This document shows, in pieces, positions 55,940-64,000 of a stretch of DNA of 64,000 nt. Position 1 is the first letter of the stretch. The number at the start of each line of letters is the position of its first letter. Position numbers and translations under genes: made by a program. This stretch comes from Nibricoccus sp. (GTDB lineage: Bacteria; Verrucomicrobiota; Verrucomicrobiia; Opitutales; Opitutaceae), in assembly GCA_047602425.1 (NCBI GenBank), contig JASGHG010000001.1, positions 384,001 to 448,000 of the forward strand. Reading direction: 5' to 3'. The notes under the pieces were generated by a model, which was not told where the DNA came from, made no database searches, and worked only from the letters and a program-made list of their open reading frames with translations.

Positions 55940-56995
55940 ATGCCCCGCCCTCCCACCATTCGTTCTCTCGCCAATGAGTTGAAACTTTCGCCCACGACGG
56001 TGTCCGACGCTCTGCGCGGGCACGGTCGTGTCGATCCCGCCACCGCGCGCAAGGTCATCGCGGCGGCCGAGCGCGTGGGCTACAAACTCAATCCGCTCAC
56101 CAGCGTTTTGATGTCGGGTTTGCGTCGTTCGCAAGGCGCCACGTTTCGCGGCACGCTCGCGGCGATCGATATCAGCGAACCGCAGCAGCCGCATGGGCCA
56201 TTCCCCCGGCAAATCATGGCTGGCGCACGCAAGCGCGGCGCGGAGTTGGGCTTTTCCATCGAGGAATACCTCGTGGGTGTCGGCGCGTTGTCGTACCAGC
56301 GTCTAGAGACAATTCTAAAATCGCGCGGCACGCGGGGCGTCATGATTCTGCCGGCGTGGGAGGCGCCCGACCTTTCGACACTCGATTGGCCGAGCTTCGC
56401 CGGCATCTACACGGACTGCGTGATCGAACACCCTCCCCTGCACGCCATTTGTCCCGATCACTATCGTTCGATGACCGACTTGCTGGAGCGTTTGCTCGCG
56501 CGAGGTTACAAGCGGCCGGGACTCGTTTTGGAAAAGGGCCGCGACGACCGATTGAAGCTTCGGCATAGCGCCGCCTTTCGCGCCTTCGTCGTCAGCCGTA
56601 ATCTCCCCAATCCGGTTCCCGTGCTCTTCGCCGACCACTATGTGAAGGAGGAATTTTGTCCGTGGTTCAGGGAGCACAAACCCGATGTCGTGCTCGGCCA
56701 CTACGACATCGCGATGGACTGGATGGAGTCCTGCGGCGCGCGCATCCCCGACAAACATGGCTTCGTGTGCCTCAACCTGTTGAATCTTTCGCGTCCCTGC
56801 GCGGCGATCGACTTGCAACCGCAGGTGCTCGGTTCGCGCGCGGTCGAGCTTTTGATCGGCCAGTTGCAACGCAACGAATACGGCTGCCCGGACTGGCCGA
56901 CCACCACGACATTGCATGCGCGCTGGGTCGAGGGACCCTCGGTGCGGTTGACGGTGGAACCTGCAACCACCGCCAAACCGAAACGCTCACGGTAA
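55940..56995 (+). CDS. LacI-family transcriptional regulator, divergent from TBDR
   Basis: [32 protein letters not shown] hinge, GYKRPG. Confidence 0.9.
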   Translation: MPRPPTIRSLANELKLSPTTVSDALRGHGRVDPATARKVIAAAERVGYKLNPLTSVLMSGLRRSQGATFRGTLAAIDISEPQQPHGPFPRQIMAGARKRGAELGFSIEEYLVGVGALSYQRLETILKSRGTRGVMILPAWEAPDLSTLDWPSFAGIYTDCVIEHPPLHAICPDHYRSMTDLLERLLARGYKRPGLVLEKGRDDRLKLRHSAAFRAFVVSRNLPNPVPVLFADHYVKEEFCPWFREHKPDVVLGHYDIAMDWMESCGARIPDKHGFVCLNLLNLSRPCAAIDLQPQVLGSRAVELLIGQLQRNEYGCPDWPTTTTLHARWVEGPSVRLTVEPATTAKPKRSR

Positions 56996-57823
56996 CCAGG
57001 GGAACTTGCGCGCCTCGGGGCGGCGTTTCTCCCGCTGGGCGCGGTGAAATTCCTTGGCTTCGTCCGTCATGTAATAAAGCAGCGTGGCGTTGCCGGCGAG
57101 TTCCTGCAGGCCGGACTGGCCGTCGACATCGGCGTTGAACGCGCTCTTGAGACAGCGGATGGCCAGCGGACTGTGCCCGAGGATTTCGCGGGCCCACTTT
57201 ACACCTTCGGCTTCGAGTTCGCCGACGGGCACGACGGTGTTGACCAAGCCCATCTCGAGCGCCTCGCGGGCGTTGTATTGGCGGCACAAATACCAGATTT
57301 CGCGCGCCTTCTTTTGACCGACGATCCGCGCTAAATAGCTAGAACCAAAACCGCCGTCGAAGCTGCCCATTTTCGGACCGACCTGGCCGAAGATGCCGTT
57401 ATCGGCTGTGATCGAAAGATCGCACACGAGATGCAACACGTGTCCGCCGCCGATGGCGTAACCAGCGACTAGCGCAATCACGACCTTCGGCATCGAGCGG
57501 ATGAGTTTTTGCACATCGAGGATGTTGAGGCGCGGAACGCCGTCCTTGCCGACGTAGCCGGCATGACCGCGCACGCTCTGGTCTCCGCCCGCGCAAAAGG
57601 CGTACTTGCCGTCGGTGTGCGGACCGGCGCCGGTCAAAAGCACCACACCGATCGATGCATCCTCACGCGCATCCACCAGTGCGGCATAGAGTTCAAACGC
57701 TGTCTCGGGGCGGAAGGCGTTGCGCTTTTCCGGCCGGTTGATGGTGATCTTCGCAATGCCGTCGGCCTTGTGATAGAGTATGTCCGTGTAGTTGCCCGTG
57801 CTTTTCCATTGAGGGAGACTCAT
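56987..57823 (-). CDS. menB: 1,4-dihydroxy-2-naphthoyl-CoA synthase
   Basis: [38 protein letters not shown]. Confidence 0.96.
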   Translation of the reverse strand: MSLPQWKSTGNYTDILYHKADGIAKITINRPEKRNAFRPETAFELYAALVDAREDASIGVVLLTGAGPHTDGKYAFCAGGDQSVRGHAGYVGKDGVPRLNILDVQKLIRSMPKVVIALVAGYAIGGGHVLHLVCDLSITADNGIFGQVGPKMGSFDGGFGSSYLARIVGQKKAREIWYLCRQYNAREALEMGLVNTVVPVGELEAEGVKWAREILGHSPLAIRCLKSAFNADVDGQSGLQELAGNATLLYYMTDEAKEFHRAQREKRRPEARKFPWLP

Positions 57824-57940
57824 GATGACAGCAGCGGAAAAGGCGGCCGGGACCGACGCAAGCCTGCATTGCAACCAATTTTTTTCGACCGCGACAAAGG
57901 GCTTGGACTAATCGCTCAGACTGCGAAACTCCCGTTTTTC

Positions 57941-59824
57941 ATGTCCGCACCCACCGACTCCTCAAAGAAGCCCGCGCACTTGGCTCTGACCCTGGCCGCG
58001 CTGGGCGTGGTCTTTGGCGACATCGGCACGAGTCCGTTGTACACGATCACGGAGTGCCTTCGGCATGCGACGTCGAGCCGCGCGGAAAGTGTGCTCGGCG
58101 TCCTGTCGCTCATTTTTTGGGCGCTGATGTTCGAGGTCAGTTTCAAATATCTTCTCTTCGTCATGCGCGCAGACAATCGCGGTGAAGGTGGAATCTTCGC
58201 CCTGCTCGCGCTCGCCATGCCAAAGCTCGACGGCAAACGCACCGGGGTTGGCCTGACGACTCTGATCATTCTCACCGGCGCCGCCTTGCTCTATGGCGAC
58301 GGCGTGATCACTCCGGCGATTTCCGTTCTCGGCGCCGCGGAGGGCTTCGCCAGTCTCAATCCTAATTTCAAAGATTTCGTGCTGCCCGTCGCCGTGGCGG
58401 TCCTCGCGGGGCTTTTTCTTTTTCAGAAACAGGGCACGCACAATATCGGACGCGTTTTCGGCCCCGCAATGTTAGTGTGGTTCGCCGTGCTCGGTGCATT
58501 GGGCGTCTGGCACATTATTCAAGCACCGGAGGTGGTTCGGGCGGTAAATCCCCTTTTGGGTTTCAATTTCCTCGTGTCGAATCCCGGCCACGCGACGGCC
58601 ATTGTCGGTTCGCTCGTGTTGTGTATCACCGGCGCGGAAGCCCTGTATGCGGACATGGGCCACTTCGGGCGGCGTTACATCAGCCGCGCGTGGATCTTTG
58701 TGGTCTGCCCCGGCCTCGTGCTTAATTATTTCGGCCAGGGCGCCTACGTGCTCAACCATCCAGAGGATCTTGCCAACCCGTTCTTCGAACTTGCTCCGGT
58801 CGGCCCCATGCGCGTCGGCCTCGTGATCCTCTCCATTATCGCCGCAGTGATTGCCAGCCAGGCTTTGATCTCGGGCACGTTTTCGCTCACCCGCCAAGCC
58901 ATCCAACTCGGTTATTTTCCCCGCCTGAAAATTTCCCATACCAACGCCGAACATGCGGGGCAGATCTATCTTCCCTTTATCAACTGGGCCCTCGCTCTTT
59001 GCACGCTCTGGGTGGTCGTTGCCTTCAAATCCGTCGCCGGACTCGCCGCGGCCTACGGCATCGCTGTCACCGGCACCATGGCCATCACTTCCTTCGCATT
59101 CTACCGGGTGACCCGCATCTGTTGGAAGTGGGCGCTTTGGAAATCGCTCCTGCTCGTCACGGCTTTCCTGATTTTCGATCTGACCCTCTTCTGCGCCAAC
59201 GTTCACAAAATTCCCGGTGGCGGCTGGCTCCCGATCGCCATCGGCGCGGCTGTGCTCGCGATCATGCACACCTGGAAAGTCGGCAAAAACGAAATCGTGA
59301 AACGCGTCTATGGTAATGAGGTCACTGAAGTCGAACTTGTTTCGATCGCCAAAAGCCAGCGTGTCGTCCGCGTCGCCGGCAGCGCCGTTTTCATGGCTGG
59401 CAATCCGCGCGGCACTCCCCTCGCGCTTCTTCATCACGTGAAGGCCAACAAGTGTCTTCAGCAGACCGTCGTGCTTCTCAGCGTCACCACCGAGGAAGTC
59501 CCCATGCTCGCCGATTCCGAACGCCTCACCCTCACCGACATCGGCGAAGGCCTCTGGCGCGCGATCGGTCGTTACGGCTACATGGAGTCGCCCGACGTCG
59601 ACCGACTGATGGAACTGATTCGCGAACGCGGCGTGCAACTCAAACCCCGCGAAACCACTTACTATTTCAATCGCGAGATGGTCGTCAGCGGAGGCGAAGC
59701 CCACATGTGGGAATGGCAAAAAGGCTTCTACGCCTTCCTCAGCCGCAACGCCCGCCCGGCCACCGACTACTACAAGATCCCGCCAACACAGATCATCGAG
59801 CTCGGCCTGCCGATCCAGCTCTAA
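57941..59824 (+). CDS. kup: KUP/HAK/KT potassium transporter
   Basis: GVVFGDIGTSPLY, ADNRGEGG, YADMGHFG, AYGIAV. Confidence 0.96.
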   Translation: MSAPTDSSKKPAHLALTLAALGVVFGDIGTSPLYTITECLRHATSSRAESVLGVLSLIFWALMFEVSFKYLLFVMRADNRGEGGIFALLALAMPKLDGKRTGVGLTTLIILTGAALLYGDGVITPAISVLGAAEGFASLNPNFKDFVLPVAVAVLAGLFLFQKQGTHNIGRVFGPAMLVWFAVLGALGVWHIIQAPEVVRAVNPLLGFNFLVSNPGHATAIVGSLVLCITGAEALYADMGHFGRRYISRAWIFVVCPGLVLNYFGQGAYVLNHPEDLANPFFELAPVGPMRVGLVILSIIAAVIASQALISGTFSLTRQAIQLGYFPRLKISHTNAEHAGQIYLPFINWALALCTLWVVVAFKSVAGLAAAYGIAVTGTMAITSFAFYRVTRICWKWALWKSLLLVTAFLIFDLTLFCANVHKIPGGGWLPIAIGAAVLAIMHTWKVGKNEIVKRVYGNEVTEVELVSIAKSQRVVRVAGSAVFMAGNPRGTPLALLHHVKANKCLQQTVVLLSVTTEEVPMLADSERLTLTDIGEGLWRAIGRYGYMESPDVDRLMELIRERGVQLKPRETTYYFNREMVVSGGEAHMWEWQKGFYAFLSRNARPATDYYKIPPTQIIELGLPIQL

Positions 59825-59853
59825 AGTCCAAAGACCGCCGCGCAATTTGCGAC

Positions 59854-60315
59854 ATGAAAAACTTCGCCCTGCGCCCGCTGACCCTCGCCGACTACGATGA
59901 AGCTTACGCGCTCTGGCAACGCACCGAAGGCATGGGCCTCGGCGCCTCCGACACTCGCGAAGCCATCGCCTTCTTTCTGGACCGCAATCCCGGCCTGAGC
60001 CTGGTCGCCTGCGATGCAACCGGCCGCCTCATCGGCACCGTGCTCTGCGGCCACGACGGCCGCCGCGGCTATCTGCACCACCTCGCCGTGGAAAAAACTT
60101 CGCGCAAACAAGGCATAGGCCGCGCCCTCGTCGATGCCTGCCTGAACCGGCTCGCTGCGCTTAAAATCGCGAAGTGCAATCTCTTCATTTTCGCCGACAA
60201 CACCGAAGGCCGAACCTTCTGGACGCACCAGGGCTGGACCACCCGCGAAGACATCGTGCTTGTTCAAACGGAGATCAATCCTGAACGGAAGAAGATCTGC
60301 GGTTGCGACTGCTGA
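59854..60315 (+). CDS. GNAT acetyltransferase (YpeA-like)
   Basis: GHDGRRGYLHHLAV, RKQGIG, FW...GW. Confidence 0.88.
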   Translation: MKNFALRPLTLADYDEAYALWQRTEGMGLGASDTREAIAFFLDRNPGLSLVACDATGRLIGTVLCGHDGRRGYLHHLAVEKTSRKQGIGRALVDACLNRLAALKIAKCNLFIFADNTEGRTFWTHQGWTTREDIVLVQTEINPERKKICGCDC

Positions 60316-62541
60316 TCACGTCCGCTGCTCCAAAAGCGGTTCATCTTCCCGCCGTGAAGCGCCGGTGCGGGAAATCGCAAGGCGGAGCCTCTCCATTTCG
60401 ATGGGTTTTGTCAGGTGTTCCGAGAATCCAGCTTCGCGACATGCGCTGAGGTCGTGCTCCATGCCATAACCGCTGACACAGATACCAAGAAGGTTGGGCC
60501 GGAGGGCACGTAGCTGGCGCATGAGCTCGATCCCGCTTTCATCAGGCAGACCCAAGTCGGAAATCAGCAGATCGAACCAGGCACCCTGGAAGAGACGCCG
60601 TGCCTCCGCCGCGGTGCGTGCGTGCTCCACGTGGTAACCGGAAATGCGCAGCAGCTTGGAGACGACCCGGGCGGTATCGCCATGGTCCTCGACCAGCAAA
60701 ATACGCAGAGGGGCGCCAACGGGTTTCGCGCAATGCAAACGATCATTCGTGGGCAATGTCCGGGGAGCTTCCGCCGCAGGCAGCAGGACGGTGAAGGTCG
60801 ATCCTTTGCCGATACCGGATGATTCGGCTCGAATCGTGCCGCCGTGGATCTCGATAATGGCGTTGGCAATCGCCAACCCAAGGCCGAGGCCTCCGTCCCC
60901 GTGCCGGTGTTTGCCCACGCTGGCCACTTGTTCGAAGGGGCGGAAAATACGTTCGAGGTCCGCCGCCGAGATGCCCACACCGTGGTCGCTGATCGAAACC
61001 GAAAGGAGCTGCGATTCGGCGATCAGAGTGGGACGAGATACGCGGATCGTCGCACCCTCCGGGCTGTAGCGCACCGCGTTTTTCAACAGATTCCAAAACA
61101 CTTGGTGGAGGCGGGCCGGATCGCCTTTGACCCAGAATCCCCCGTCAACGGGTTCTTCGCACAAAATCGTTTGGTGCTTCTCCTGCGCCTCGGGCCGAAC
61201 GATGGCGACGGCCTCCTTGAGCAAGAGACGAAGGTCAATGAGCTTCGGATTCACGTCGAGTTTGCCGCGGGCGATTTTTGTCAGGTCGAGGAGGTCGTCC
61301 ACGAGGCGGCTCTGGATGTCGACATTGCGCCTGATCATCGCGAGATCGTCGCGGACGTCGGCCGGGAGCCGCGAGTCGTTTTCCAATTCGCTGGCGGTGG
61401 CGAGCACCGGCGTAAGTGGCGTGCGCAGCTCGTGCGAGAGCATGGCGAGAAAATCGTCCTTGGCACGGCTGGCCTTTTCAATTTCACGGGTCCGCTCCTG
61501 CATTGCCCCTTGGAGGCGGTTCGACTCCAGCACGAGCGCGCATTGCGCGGCGGTCCACTCCAACAATTGGAATTGATCCTGCGTCCAATCGCTCACATGC
61601 GAACTCACCGCGGCAAGGATCCCCCTGACAGAGCCGGCAAATGTGATCGGCGCCGCGATGACCGATCTCACGGGACCGTCGGAGCCGAAAGGCGCGGAGA
61701 GATCCGGCTCCTCGCGCAGGTCGGAAATGTAAGCCGTTTTTTTCTGTTCGCACACCACACCCGCGATCGACCCCTGCCGCGGCCAGACAACGGGTGAAAT
61801 CGGGGCACCGGAGTCCGAGCATTGCGCAGCGATTTCCAACGAACCATCGCGCAGCACCAAAATCGCGACCGCCTCCGCCGGCGCACCCAGGCTGGCGAGA
61901 GTATGCCTGCACACGCCGTCGAGGGCGCCCTGCCTTTCGTCAGAGGCGCGCGCCGCCGTCAGCAAGCCCGCGAGCAGCTCCTCGCGACGCTCCAGGCGAT
62001 CCGACGTCTCTTTCAGTTCTTCGTTTTGGCGCTGCAATTCCTCCGATTGCGCCTCGATCTGTTCGTTCTGCTGGGTGAGCTCCTCCGACTGGCTTTTTAG
62101 TTCCTCGTTTTGCTGGGCGAGCTCCTCGGATTGCGCCTCCAACTCGGATTGTTGCTCCGACAACGTTTCGTTCTGCAGGGTCAGGAGGTTATTTTGTTGT
62201 TCCAGTTTCAGTCGCAAGCGCAGGGTCGCGTAAATGATGGCCGCGCCGACAAAAATGTTGACCAAAGTGACGCCCATGAGCACCGACCGTTCCTGCACCT
62301 CGATGACGTTTTCCGGGAGAACGTGGTAATATTTTACGAACGCGATAACGACAAATGCGACCACCATCGTTAGGAGCTGCCAGACACGCCGCGTCCAGAT
62401 ACAAAGCATCAATGGCAGCACGAAGGTCAGTGGAGCGATGATGGTGGGGAAAAGAATCAGGCGAATATACGCCCAAAGCAGCAGCAACAGCACCACGCAC
62501 AGCGTACTCAAGAAGGTGGAAGGCTGGTTGGACGGTTTCAT
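60316..62541 (-). CDS. Membrane hybrid histidine kinase (TMs - coiled coil - GAF - HisKA/HATPase - REC)
   Basis: SHELRTPL, NLLKNA, GLGLGL, LLVED/SDLGLP/KP receiver. Confidence 0.93.
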   Translation of the reverse strand: MKPSNQPSTFLSTLCVVLLLLLWAYIRLILFPTIIAPLTFVLPLMLCIWTRRVWQLLTMVVAFVVIAFVKYYHVLPENVIEVQERSVLMGVTLVNIFVGAAIIYATLRLRLKLEQQNNLLTLQNETLSEQQSELEAQSEELAQQNEELKSQSEELTQQNEQIEAQSEELQRQNEELKETSDRLERREELLAGLLTAARASDERQGALDGVCRHTLASLGAPAEAVAILVLRDGSLEIAAQCSDSGAPISPVVWPRQGSIAGVVCEQKKTAYISDLREEPDLSAPFGSDGPVRSVIAAPITFAGSVRGILAAVSSHVSDWTQDQFQLLEWTAAQCALVLESNRLQGAMQERTREIEKASRAKDDFLAMLSHELRTPLTPVLATASELENDSRLPADVRDDLAMIRRNVDIQSRLVDDLLDLTKIARGKLDVNPKLIDLRLLLKEAVAIVRPEAQEKHQTILCEEPVDGGFWVKGDPARLHQVFWNLLKNAVRYSPEGATIRVSRPTLIAESQLLSVSISDHGVGISAADLERIFRPFEQVASVGKHRHGDGGLGLGLAIANAIIEIHGGTIRAESSGIGKGSTFTVLLPAAEAPRTLPTNDRLHCAKPVGAPLRILLVEDHGDTARVVSKLLRISGYHVEHARTAAEARRLFQGAWFDLLISDLGLPDESGIELMRQLRALRPNLLGICVSGYGMEHDLSACREAGFSEHLTKPIEMERLRLAISRTGASRREDEPLLEQRT

Positions 62542-63401
62542 AGGGGTGGTTTTTGGTAGATACAGCGCGAGCGACGAATCAGGGGAAGATCAGCCGGAGG
62601 AAAATCCGCCTTCCCTCCTACGATGTAGCCTCCAGGGGCGAGTTGTTGAAAAAGAGCATGCCACAGTTTTGCGGCGATGGGCGCATCGAGATAAATGGCC
62701 ATATTTCGCCACAAGATCAGATGCCAGGGCCCGGGTTCTGCACCGGCCAACAAATCGGTTTTTCGCCAGGTTATGCAGTCACGCAGGAAGGGATTAATTT
62801 CCACGCTAGTCTTGGAGGCCCGCGCTTGGTGTCCACGATTCGCCAAACACTCGGCTTCAGTCCTCAGATAGACGCCCGCGGCGGCCCGCGTAATCGCCGA
62901 CCCGCGGCAATCGGTGCCAACCAGTTCCGCACGCCCCAAGCCCCCCAGATCGTCGAGCAGCATCGCCACCGAATAGAGTTCCTGCCCCGCTGAACAAGCC
63001 GAGCTCCAGATTCGAATTCGTCCAGCCCCTTTGAGAAGCCTCGGCAAAACCGAGTGCTCCAGCGCGTCGAACACCGACGCATCCCGAAAAAATCCGCTCA
63101 CACCCAAAAGAACCACATCGAGCAATTCGTAAGCTTGAGCGGGCCGCTCGAATATTTTGCGACAGGCCTCTTGCTCCGTCGCGACGCGGAGACGACGCAA
63201 GCAAGCAGGCACGCGTCGCTGAAAGGCCGGCAAGCGATAGCGATCGAGCGACAGCTGCGTGAGGGAAAAGATCAACGGCAGCAACTGCCCTGCGTCGGCC
63301 ACCGGTCCCGCCTTGGCGGCAGGCCAATGTTCCGCAACCGGAGGAATCTCCCGGCGCACCTGTTTCGCTGTCCCTTGGAAAAAGAGATGAGTATGTACCA
63401 T
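62538..63401 (-). CDS. CheR-type protein-glutamate methyltransferase
   Basis: VSGFFRD, RIWSSACSAGQELYS, GTD, RNMAIY, LAPGG; ATGA overlap with kinase. Confidence 0.85.
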   Translation of the reverse strand: MVHTHLFFQGTAKQVRREIPPVAEHWPAAKAGPVADAGQLLPLIFSLTQLSLDRYRLPAFQRRVPACLRRLRVATEQEACRKIFERPAQAYELLDVVLLGVSGFFRDASVFDALEHSVLPRLLKGAGRIRIWSSACSAGQELYSVAMLLDDLGGLGRAELVGTDCRGSAITRAAAGVYLRTEAECLANRGHQARASKTSVEINPFLRDCITWRKTDLLAGAEPGPWHLILWRNMAIYLDAPIAAKLWHALFQQLAPGGYIVGGKADFPPADLPLIRRSRCIYQKPPL

Positions 63402-63763
63402 CGCTCGACGTGATGTAGAGGACCGACTTGCCCCAATACCAAGCCCCAAAGCGCCGGAATTTCAACCTACCCCCATGCGAAGCAAGGATTTTTTCCGACC
63501 CTGCGTCCCTGACCAACCCCTATGGTAGCGATGAAACTTTAGTTCGCTGAACGGTGGCTTTTGGGAACGAAGACATCGCCTCATCCGAAAAGAGCCTGGA
63601 TCGAAGCCACGTGCGGCGGCTCTCCGCCTTCGAAGCAAAAATCCAGCACGTGGGTGTATCAACCACCGTCAGGAAGCAAATCGCCCGTGAACTCTTCAGG
63701 CCACGGCCCTGAATCGCTAGCGATCACGTTCCGGCAGAAAATGGCGAAGCTGATCGAAACGCG

Positions 63764-64000
63764 TTAGCCCTGCGAAAAGAAATCCTTAACCGTCGCCAGC
63801 ACTTGGTCGCGGGGGATTTCTTGTTCGGAGCGGTTCGTCAGATCGCGGATTTTTACCACGCCTTTGGCGATTTCGTCGCCGCCGTAGATCAAGGCCAGTT
63901 TCGCACCGGATTCCGCCGCGGCTTTGAATTGTTTGCCGAAGGCCACTTCCTTCATTGGATAATCGACTTTGTAGCCCGCGGACCGCAACGCATGGATATC
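63764..64000 (-). CDS. hisS: Histidyl-tRNA synthetase C-terminal anticodon-binding domain (partial)
   Basis: KQFKAAAESGAKLALIYGGDE..GVVKIRDL. Confidence 0.85.
   Translation of the reverse strand, partial: DIHALRSAGYKVDYPMKEVAFGKQFKAAAESGAKLALIYGGDEIAKGVVKIRDLTNRSEQEIPRDQVLATVKDFFSQG

Noticed and set aside
55714..56212. Long N-terminal extensions in the ORF track (TBDR, LacI, kup, rpsA, GNAT, amtB)
   Set aside because: They overlap neighbouring genes or promoters; internal ATGs give proper signal peptides or domain starts.
58472..60019. 515-aa minus-strand ORF and similar long antisense ORFs over amtB, rpsA, mntH and dinB
   Set aside because: Codon-bias shadows of well-supported genes.
63402..63763. 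Riboswitch or ncRNA between hisS and the CheR-type gene
   Set aside because: No recognisable aptamer consensus or terminator by eye; needs an Rfam scan.

Overview
GC-rich bacterial chromosomal window, most consistent with Verrucomicrobiota (Opitutaceae-like). This assignment is inferred from a VPDSG-CTERM-type protein, Opitutus-style LacI/TonB-dependent receptor genes and a general lack of Shine-Dalgarno sites. The left ~14.8 kb, downstream of a tRNA-Gly(GCC), is accessory-like. It holds a type III PKS end, a general-stress cluster (BON, Dps, ElaB/YqjE/YqjK, small DUF membrane proteins), a GT-glf-GH2-GH1 galactofuranose operon and a two-gene nucleotidyltransferase module. The rest is mostly core genes: Wzc/beta-barrel/GT-C with a sigma54 two-component pair, pfkA, App1-MGDG synthase, dinB, GH2, porin-pstSCAB-phoU, SNF2, guaB, a tandem amtB-glnK duplication, rpsA, usp-mntH/mntR, TBDR/LacI, menB, kup, GNAT, CheR plus hybrid kinase, and hisS. 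Four observations stand out. (1) A leaderless nucleotidyltransferase operon has an operator core TTACGTAA, and its partner ends in a bZIP-basic-region-like tail. (2) A phased array of ~22 degenerate palindromic 21-mers splits a kinase/response-regulator pair. (3) An orphan CheR is coupled to a kinase with a methyl-accepting-like coiled coil. (4) Two near-identical amtB copies each have their own sigma54 promoter. Three single-base frameshifts suggest residual sequencing indels. All family calls come from motif recognition by eye; no database searches were run.
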